Below, one piece after another: positions 57,789 through 64,000 of a stretch of 64,000 bases of DNA. Each line of letters starts with the position of its first letter. The stretch's first letter is position 1. A model generated the notes under the pieces. It did no database searches. It saw only the letters and a program-made list of their open reading frames with translations, and was not told the DNA's origin. Source of the DNA: Acidobacteriota bacterium (GTDB lineage Bacteria > Acidobacteriota > Blastocatellia > Pyrinomonadales > Pyrinomonadaceae); assembly GCA_040007515.1 (NCBI GenBank), contig JBDTUT010000008.1, positions 43,644 through 107,643 on the forward strand, read 5' to 3'. The translations under genes and the position numbers were made by a program.

Positions 57789-59312
57789 TCAAAACACATT
57801 CACTTCGAAAACTTCAACGAAATGAGCCGCAAAAAGCTGCCGTAGAAGCAGACGTTTGTAAGCTTCGGTTCCGCGTACGTCGGAGATCGGCGATATTTCT
57901 GACTGCATGATCGGGTTAGCATCGGCGATGGTTTGGGCGTTTACGGGTTTGCCGGCGAGGAACGCGGACGTTTCTTTCAGATAATACGGCACGGGTGCGA
58001 CACCGCCGGCGGCGACGTGGGCGCTCGTGATGGTGTAATCGATGTTGTTAGCGAGTGACCCGGTCGCTATCGCTTCCGGTTCTGACAGGACGGGCGGGAG
58101 CCAGCCGGGGCCGGGAAGTGCTTCGACGGTGAGCGAGATCGCGGTGTTGACGGTCGCGATATCGAGGTATGTGCGTTTGCAGACCTTTTCGAAGTTAAAG
58201 CGGAAATCGCCTGTCGGTTTGCGGAAACGGATAGACGAGATGTATTCGTCGGGCGTTTTTGCGAGCTGTTTGTAGCCGAGGTAGAGATCCTTCAACGCGA
58301 GGTATCGTGTTTCGCCCTTACTATCGTGCGGGCTTGTGCATAATTCGACCTCGGCGTTGAGTGCGAGGAACCAGACGGTCATGTCGCCGATGGGCGAGGC
58401 GTTGACGAAGTTGCCGGCGAGTGTCGCCATGTTGCGGATCGGCGTTGATGAGACCAGCTTTAGGTGTTTGTAGAGGTCGGGGAAGATCGACTGCATCACG
58501 GGCGATTCGAGCAGGTCGGTGACGGTGACCGATGCTCCGATCTCGATTAATTCGCCGGTGTCTTTTATGGCCCTCAACTGATCGTTGTAGAAAAGATCGT
58601 TCGCCGCCGTTTCGGCCATCGCGTCGGGGCGTTGGACGTAGAGGTCGGTGCCGCCGGAGACAAAAGCTGCAATCGAGGGCACACTCCCTACCGGTCGTGT
58701 TTCTGCCTGTTGACCATTAGCGTCTATCGCCGTCAGACGATCGGCGATGCTTTCGAAATATTTCGGGACGGTGAGGTTGTCGATGGCTTGTCGTAGGCTA
58801 CCTGCTACCGCGGGCGGTTCTGACCATGCGGCCAGCTTTTTGGTGAGGTTGTGTGCGGCGCGTTCGATGGATTTGTAGCCGGTGCAGCGGCAGATGTTGC
58901 CGTCGATTGCGGAGACTGCCATTTCGAGAGTTTTGGGCGTGTCGTCGACGCAGAAACCGGTGAGCGACATGACGAATCCGACCGTGCAGAATCCGCATTG
59001 CGTGCCCGATTCATCGACCATCGCCTGTTGGACCGGCGTCATCGAGCCGTCTTCGGGATTGATGCCTTCGACCGTGACGATGTGCTTGCCGGCGGCGTTC
59101 GCGAGCGGCATCAGGCAGGAGGTCATCGTGCGATAGCGGACGTTTCCGCCCTGCAGCTCGCCGACGAGAATTGTGCATGCACCGCAGTCGCCTTCGCGAC
59201 AGCCGATCTTTGTGCCTTTGAGGTTTTGCCGATAACGGACAAAGTCGAGCATGGTCGTTCCCGGCGAAACGTCGGTCGAAATATCACGGTCGTTGAGAAT
59301 AAAATCGATCAT
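57789..59312 (-). CDS. xdhA: xanthine dehydrogenase small subunit (2Fe-2S and FAD-binding domains)
   Basis: MIDFILNDRDI, CREGDCGACTI, CRCTGY, FAD-binding FVSGGTDLYV. The GTG at 59327 lies inside a repeat arm, so ATG 59312 is preferred. Confidence 0.9.
   Translation of the reverse strand: MIDFILNDRDISTDVSPGTTMLDFVRYRQNLKGTKIGCREGDCGACTILVGELQGGNVRYRTMTSCLMPLANAAGKHIVTVEGINPEDGSMTPVQQAMVDESGTQCGFCTVGFVMSLTGFCVDDTPKTLEMAVSAIDGNICRCTGYKSIERAAHNLTKKLAAWSEPPAVAGSLRQAIDNLTVPKYFESIADRLTAIDANGQQAETRPVGSVPSIAAFVSGGTDLYVQRPDAMAETAANDLFYNDQLRAIKDTGELIEIGASVTVTDLLESPVMQSIFPDLYKHLKLVSSTPIRNMATLAGNFVNASPIGDMTVWFLALNAEVELCTSPHDSKGETRYLALKDLYLGYKQLAKTPDEYISSIRFRKPTGDFRFNFEKVCKRTYLDIATVNTAISLTVEALPGPGWLPPVLSEPEAIATGSLANNIDYTITSAHVAAGGVAPVPYYLKETSAFLAGKPVNAQTIADANPIMQSEISPISDVRGTEAYKRLLLRQLFAAHFVEVFEVNVF
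58058..58086. repeat. family C repeat arm embedded in the xdhA coding sequence
   Basis: ACCCGGTCGCTATCGCTTCCGGTTCTGAC is 27/29 identical to 47830-47858. Translated in frame as ..LSEPEAIATGS.. Confidence 0.8.
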
Positions 59313-59316
59313 ATAG

Positions 59317-59425
59317 GTCAGAACCACCTGCGTAAGCGGGTGGGTTCTTCGACGATGTGGTCAACATTCAAGATCGCATGATAGCGTCTTGCCGGAACCC
59401 ACCCGCTTACGCAGGTGGTTCTGAC
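59317..59425. repeat. MITE-like element, family A: perfect 31-nt terminal inverted repeats with a 47-nt spacer
   Basis: GTCAGAACCACCTGCGTAAGCGGGTGGGTTC at 59317-59347 and its exact reverse complement at 59395-59425. Confidence 0.85.
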
Positions 59426-59877
59426 TAGAACTTGCGTATCAGGATCACGCCGGCGGTGATCAGAAGGATGCCGCCGACGCGGGTGAGGCTGATCTCTTTT
59501 ACCGGAACACCGAGCAGGCCGTAATGATCGATTATCAGCGTAACGATCATTTGGCCGGCGATTATCAAACTGAATGTCATCGCGACGCCGAGACGCGGGA
59601 CGAGGATGACGGTCGCGGTCACGAAAAAGGCTCCGAGAACCCCGCCTATCCACGCGATCGGCGGAGCGTTTTTAGCGGCAGCCATATCGCCCAGCGGCGT
59701 GCCCGACGCGACCACGTAAATAAACAGCGCGGCCGTTCCGATAAAGAACGAAATGAACGCCGCCAGGATCGGACTGTTGCCGAGCACGACCGCCATTTTG
59801 TTGTTGGTAGCGGCCTGTGTCGGCATCATCGCTCCGGCGACGATCGCAATTAAAATGTAAAGGTAAATGTTCGACAT
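59425..59877 (-). CDS. DUF606 (YdcZ-like) DMT-superfamily membrane protein
   Basis: 150 aa, five hydrophobic helices, N-terminal GAMMPTQAATNNKMA typical of DUF606. Confidence 0.65.
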   Translation of the reverse strand: MSNIYLYILIAIVAGAMMPTQAATNNKMAVVLGNSPILAAFISFFIGTAALFIYVVASGTPLGDMAAAKNAPPIAWIGGVLGAFFVTATVILVPRLGVAMTFSLIIAGQMIVTLIIDHYGLLGVPVKEISLTRVGGILLITAGVILIRKF

Positions 59878-59892
59878 TTGTCGGGATTCGTA

Positions 59893-59990
59893 CGAGTTAC
59901 GCGTTTACGCGTGAAGCCGTATGGTCGGCACTCTCGATAATTTTTGATGGGCCCCACGCCCATCGCTTTCACGCGTAAACGCGTAACTCG
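59893..59990. repeat. palindromic repeat element, family B
   Basis: CGAGTTACGCGTTTACGCGTGAAGC (59893-59917) against GCTTTCACGCGTAAACGCGTAACTCG (59965-59990). Inner hairpin GATGGGC-cccac-GCCCATC. Partial extra arm at 59997-60009. Confidence 0.8.
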
Positions 59991-60015
59991 TGTACATTTC
60001 ACGCGTAAATCTTAC

Positions 60016-60048
60016 GGAACCCACCCGCTTAAGCGAGGTGGTACTGAC
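60016..60048. repeat. solo, diverged family A arm
   Basis: GGAACCCACCCGCTTAAGCGAGGTGGTACTGAC compared with GGAACCCACCCGCTTACGCAGGTGGTTCTGAC at 59394-59425. Confidence 0.7.
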
Positions 60049-60066
60049 CTGTGTGCTCACGCGGGC

Positions 60067-60549
60067 TCAGTATTCGATCTTGTCGGATTTGTTTTGCCAT
60101 TGGCGAAAGACCTTGACGGCGGCGTCGCGCATCAGCGGGTTCATTCGCAGCATTCTCTCGTCGTTCGGCTTGTCGAGCTCTTTGTAAATAAGCTCGTCGT
60201 CAAAACCGGCTGCGGCGGCGTCTTCGCGTGTGCCAGCGAAGAATATTCCTTCCGGCCGAGCCCAATAGATCGCACCGAGGCACATAGGGCACGGCTCGCA
60301 CGACGTGTAGATCACACATCCGTCGAGCTGGAACGATTTGAGATTACTGCACGCGTCGCGGATTGCGACGATCTCGGCGTGAGCGGTTGGATCGTTGGTC
60401 GACGTGACCTGATTACAGCCTTCGCCCACGATGCTGCCGTCTTTCACGATCACGCAGCCGAACGGACCGCCGTCATTGCGATCGGCGCCCTCGCGGGCGA
60501 GCTCGACGGCACGCGCCATAAATGTTTTGTCCTGCTCGGATTCGGCCAT
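60067..60549 (-). CDS. CMP/dCMP-type zinc deaminase, guanine-deaminase-like
   Basis: HAEIVAIRDA ... CEPCPMCLGA zinc motifs. About 160 aa, as in Bacillus-type GuaD. Sits in the xdh neighbourhood. Start at ATG 60549. Confidence 0.75.
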   Translation of the reverse strand: MAESEQDKTFMARAVELAREGADRNDGGPFGCVIVKDGSIVGEGCNQVTSTNDPTAHAEIVAIRDACSNLKSFQLDGCVIYTSCEPCPMCLGAIYWARPEGIFFAGTREDAAAAGFDDELIYKELDKPNDERMLRMNPLMRDAAVKVFRQWQNKSDKIEY

Positions 60550-61415
60550 TACGATGTTTCCTTTGGTTTGACCTTGATCTCGAACAGCTTTTTCCAATTT
60601 TTGCCTGTCACGAAAATGCGATCGTTCGCCGCGTCGTACGCGATGCCATTCAGCGTATTTTCCGAATCGCGGTCGACATCGTCGGGTGAGATCCCCTGAA
60701 GGTCGATCCACCCGAGCAGCTTGCCGGTCGCGGGGTCGATACGAGCGATGTAGTTGGGCTTGCCGAGTATTTGCGGCTCTTCGGAGTGCCAGACGTTAGC
60801 CCAGATTTCGCCCTTGATAAATTCGAGCTCGTTTATCTGGTATAGCGGTTTCCCATCTTCGCGAAGCACGACCAATTGCTTCACGGGCTTGAACGTTTCC
60901 GGGTCCATCACGCGGATGACGTGCGTGCGGTCGGTCATGTAAAGAACGGTTCCGTCGGTGGTCATTCCCCAGCCTTCGCCAGGATAATCAAACTCTTTGA
61001 TGAGGCTGAAATCCTTTGCGTCGAAGACACGGCACAGACCTTCGCGCCACGTTAGTTGGTAGATCTTTCCGTTTATCAGCGAAATGCCTTCGCCAAAGCT
61101 TTCTCGCGGCAGTTCAAACTGCTGGACGACCTTTCCGGTTTCCAGGTTGACCTTGCGCAGTGTCGAGTGGCCTTCCTGTCCGGTGCTTTCGTATAGAAAA
61201 CCGTCGTGGTAAAACAGTCCCTCGGTGAAGGCTTTCGGGTCGTGCGGGTACGTCTTTACGACCTCATACGTATAAACCGGCAAAGGCTCGCGGCTCGTTT
61301 TATTTGCGTTGACGTTCGCCTTTGTGGCGTTGCCGACATTCACTTTATTATCGTTCGACGCGCCGCCACATGATAAAGCGACGAGAGCGATCGTAAACAA
61401 AAGACAGATGCGCAT
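60549..61415 (-). CDS. glutaminyl-peptide cyclotransferase (beta-propeller type), lipoprotein
   Basis: Lipobox LVALSCGG. YTYEVVKTYPHDPKAFTEGLFYHDGFLYESTGQ...STLRKVNLETGKV is a typical bacterial/plant QC. Confidence 0.85.
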   Translation of the reverse strand: MRICLLFTIALVALSCGGASNDNKVNVGNATKANVNANKTSREPLPVYTYEVVKTYPHDPKAFTEGLFYHDGFLYESTGQEGHSTLRKVNLETGKVVQQFELPRESFGEGISLINGKIYQLTWREGLCRVFDAKDFSLIKEFDYPGEGWGMTTDGTVLYMTDRTHVIRVMDPETFKPVKQLVVLREDGKPLYQINELEFIKGEIWANVWHSEEPQILGKPNYIARIDPATGKLLGWIDLQGISPDDVDRDSENTLNGIAYDAANDRIFVTGKNWKKLFEIKVKPKETS

Positions 61416-61456
61416 AATTTGAAGATCTGATCGAAAATTGACGGGCGGCAGCGAAA

Positions 61457-62782
61457 CTATTTTGAAAGAGCTCGATCGATCGCTTCTCTAAGATCGTCCG
61501 CACCGGAACGCATCACTTTGACGCCGTTGACATAGATCGTCGGAGTCCACGAAACGCCGTAAATTGCCGCGTCGGCCATATCTTTGCGGACTTCCGCGGC
61601 CGTTTTTTCGTCCGTTAAGTCTAGCTCAAACTGCTTTGGATTCAAACCTACGCTAGCCGCGTATTTCTTGAGCGAGGCGTCGTCCAGAGCATCCTGATGT
61701 GTATAGAGTATCTCGGCGTATTCGAAAAACTTGCCCTGTGCGTTCGCCGCATTTGCCGCAAGCGCCGCTCGGAAAGCGTTCTCGTGCAGTGCGATCAGCG
61801 GGTAATCGCGAACGACGAAGCGTATCTTTTCCGGGTACTCGGCAATAACGCTCTTGAGCACAGGATGTGTCGCCGAGCACGCCGGACATTGAAAATCGCT
61901 GAACATCACGATCGTGACCGGAGCCGCCGTCGGCCCGCTTGCAGGATCGTCGTCGACCGAGATCGCCTGCGAAAACGGAACCGGTTCCTTTAACAGGATC
62001 TTTGCGGAATATTTTGCGAACAAACGTTTTTGCAGCGCGGTTTCGAGATCGAATTTTTCCTGTTCGGTGTAAGCCCGCAGCTTGTCGGTAACTTCGGAAG
62101 CGTAGATCGTACCGACCGCCACGCTGCGTGAACTCGCTTCTTCCGCTGTCAGAACCGACAACATTGACGTCCTAAGATCGGCCTTCAGGTCTTCGAAAAT
62201 ATTGCGTTCAAAATCATTAATGGACGCCTTGTTCGCGGTATCGAACTGCTCAACGGTTATCCGGCTCGGGCCGATGGTGACTAGTATGTCGGCGGGTTTC
62301 AGTCTCGCGGCGTTCACGTCATTGACGTTGGCAACTTTGTGTTTGACCTTGAGCAATTCGACATAGTCGTCAGCGGCCTTTTGTTCGCGGCTCCGCTTTA
62401 CCAAATCGGCGAGATCGTCACGTACTTGTGCTAACGTGCGTCCGTCGAAGGCCGTACTATTTCTGTTGTAGATCGACTGGAGCTCGGCCGGTGTTGCGGG
62501 AACGGCCTTTGTGCCGGCTGCCGCGATCAGCTTCTCGGGCGTTGTTGCGACGGCTTTTGCCTCCAATTCGAGAACGGCGGAACGCACCATTTTGGCGAGT
62601 CGTTCTTCGCGATGTTTCGCGATTGCCGAACGCTGGTCAGCGTAGAGCTTTTGTCCTTCTTTAGAAAGGCTGGCCGACGTGAAATTCTTCCCCGCGGCCG
62701 TTGCGAGTATCGCGTCCGCCTGCTGTGCGAAAGTCGCCGCCGCCGCGATCAGAATGCATGTCGTAATAAAAAGTATTTTCAT
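61457..62782 (-). CDS. secreted DsbA-family thioredoxin-domain protein with a long helical N-terminal region
   Basis: Signal peptide MKILFITTCILIAAAATFA. Redox motif FQCPAC. C-terminal DsbA-like fold (TPTIYVNG). Start set at ATG 62782. Confidence 0.75.
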   Translation of the reverse strand: MKILFITTCILIAAAATFAQQADAILATAAGKNFTSASLSKEGQKLYADQRSAIAKHREERLAKMVRSAVLELEAKAVATTPEKLIAAAGTKAVPATPAELQSIYNRNSTAFDGRTLAQVRDDLADLVKRSREQKAADDYVELLKVKHKVANVNDVNAARLKPADILVTIGPSRITVEQFDTANKASINDFERNIFEDLKADLRTSMLSVLTAEEASSRSVAVGTIYASEVTDKLRAYTEQEKFDLETALQKRLFAKYSAKILLKEPVPFSQAISVDDDPASGPTAAPVTIVMFSDFQCPACSATHPVLKSVIAEYPEKIRFVVRDYPLIALHENAFRAALAANAANAQGKFFEYAEILYTHQDALDDASLKKYAASVGLNPKQFELDLTDEKTAAEVRKDMADAAIYGVSWTPTIYVNGVKVMRSGADDLREAIDRALSK

Positions 62783-62959
62783 GGTCGAAATGTTCAAAAC
62801 AGCAAATTTTAGCAGATTTCGCGGTTCGAAGACCGTTATCGGGGCGCACGCGTATGATGCGGGCAGCGAAAATATCGTTTTCGCTCGCATTTTATGAAAA
62901 TATTTTCTACGTAGAATATTGAAGCGCTGGAGGAGAAGAGATAGGAAAATCGTGATGAA

Positions 62960-63000
62960 AAAGACAAAGGACAGGGCGGTATTACCTGTCCTTTGTCTTT
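62960..63000. terminator. 16-bp-stem hairpin downstream of the CBS genes
   Basis: AAAGACAAAGGACAGG-gcggtatta-CCTGTCCTTTGTCTTT. The A/T-rich stem ends allow termination in either direction. Confidence 0.6.
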
Positions 63001-63009
63001 AATGCCGAA

Positions 63010-63438
63010 TCAGGCAGAGGCTTTTGAGACCTCTTGGACGACTTCCGCCGTCTTTCTCTGGTCGGCATGACTTGCGATATCGGCTTGGGCGACGATGCCG
63101 CAGCAAGCTCCGCTATCGTCTACAACTGCGATTCGCCGTATTTGCTGTGTTTCCATCAAATTGCAGCAATCTTCGACCGACATATTCGGTGTGGCCGTGA
63201 CAACACTTTTGGTCATCACATCGGCTGCGGTGAGGTCGAGCGGATTTTTGCCTTCCGCGACCGCTCGAATAACAATGTCGCGGTCGGTGACGACTCCCAC
63301 AGGCTTGCCGCTCTCTTCGCTTTCAACGATCGGAATACAGCCGCAGTCGTTGTCCACCATCATTTGAGCGACATCATGAACGCTCGTGTCCGGTGTGCAG
63401 CAAGCGGGACTGTCGGTCATTATTTCACTTACATTCAT
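63010..63438 (-). CDS. CBS-pair domain protein (Cys-rich)
   Basis: Two CBS motifs (VVTDRDIV..; IVAQADI..). 142 aa. Confidence 0.8.
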   Translation of the reverse strand: MNVSEIMTDSPACCTPDTSVHDVAQMMVDNDCGCIPIVESEESGKPVGVVTDRDIVIRAVAEGKNPLDLTAADVMTKSVVTATPNMSVEDCCNLMETQQIRRIAVVDDSGACCGIVAQADIASHADQRKTAEVVQEVSKASA

Positions 63439-63460
63439 TACATTTTCTCCTTTGTCTGGA

Positions 63461-63904
63461 CTAGTAGATGCGATTAGCCATTGAAACCTGGAAGTGCCGG
63501 GTCATGGAGGCGGCAGTCGTCGTCTCGGCCGCTCGAGGGACCGCGGATTCGAATTGATTCGCCGCGATCGTTCCGCAAAGCTCTCCATTCTCGTCGACCA
63601 CGCAAATCAAACGCGACCCTTTCGCCGAACTCAGTTCGACCGACGGTGAATCCGATCTGACTTTTTTAATTTTGGTATTCATTACACTCGCCGCCGTGAG
63701 TCCACGTGCGCTTCGGCCGCGAACGAGAATATGCGTGCAGATATCATGCTCGGTGATCACGCCGATCGGCACGGATTGAGCAAAGCCTTCGACGACGATC
63801 GCGTGGTCGACATCCTGCATCGCCATTTTCTCGAAAACCTTTTCGAGCGGCATATCTTCGGTACAGACGACGGAATTCGTATTCATCATATTTTTCACAC
63901 TCAT
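63461..63904 (-). CDS. CBS-pair domain protein
   Basis: Two CBS motifs (GVITEHDI..; CVVDENGELCGTIAANQ). 147 aa. In tandem with the previous gene. Confidence 0.8.
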   Translation of the reverse strand: MSVKNMMNTNSVVCTEDMPLEKVFEKMAMQDVDHAIVVEGFAQSVPIGVITEHDICTHILVRGRSARGLTAASVMNTKIKKVRSDSPSVELSSAKGSRLICVVDENGELCGTIAANQFESAVPRAAETTTAASMTRHFQVSMANRIY

Positions 63905-64000
63905 ATTTAACCTCTCGTCAGCAATTCATACGGCCGAAGACAAATCTCGTATGCTTTCAGGCCACACGAGTCGGGTTTCGCTCTTTGCTTCGAATACAGA

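Noticed and set aside
59317-60048. Possible CRISPR array, because of several similar ~30-nt repeats.
   Set aside because: The repeats are in inverted rather than direct orientation, are irregularly spaced, belong to two different families, and are separated by a real gene. There are no cas genes.

Overview
Gene-dense, moderately GC-rich bacterial chromosomal segment with about 57 supportable protein-coding genes. I recognised no rRNA, tRNA, CRISPR array, transposase, integrase or phage genes. The gene content suggests an Acidobacteriota-like soil bacterium (a 1236-aa CarboxypepD_reg/TonB-dependent receptor, a DUF4388-J-domain-TPR protein, many secreted hypotheticals); that assignment is inference only.

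Main blocks:
- 1.9-10.8 kb, minus strand: a Pil-Chp/Tax-like chemosensory cluster (TPR-REC protein, CheW, two MCPs, hybrid CheA).
- 16.7-19.9 kb: the rpmE / DUF421 / DUF1385 / prfA translation cluster.
- 25.5-30.5 kb: an iron-uptake set (TonB-dependent siderophore receptor, PepSY protein, MFS transporter).
- 30.5-33.7 kb: an operon of J-domain/DUF4388, HD-GYP and a Dam-like protein with degenerate motifs.
- Housekeeping genes: ligA, glyA, htrA, an aldehyde dehydrogenase, ald.
- 52.5-60.5 kb: a purine-catabolism cluster (xdhC, xdhB, xdhA, a DUF606 transporter, guanine deaminase).

The most unusual signals are structural rather than a new gene family:
1. The xdhA-xdhB junction is split by three unrelated, AT-richer cassettes. 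Diverged copies of the junction itself separate them, including an in-frame xdhB-head/xdhA-tail chimera.
2. At least three families of 25-31-nt palindromic or inverted repeats recur in the window. One copy is embedded in frame inside xdhA. Another fills an intergenic gap base for base.
3. A 180-bp tract downstream of the aldehyde dehydrogenase gene holds eight GTCCC-core copies, three of them at helical-turn spacing.

Coordinates of non-ORF features were counted by hand and may be off by 1-2 nt. All family assignments come from motif recognition, not searches.
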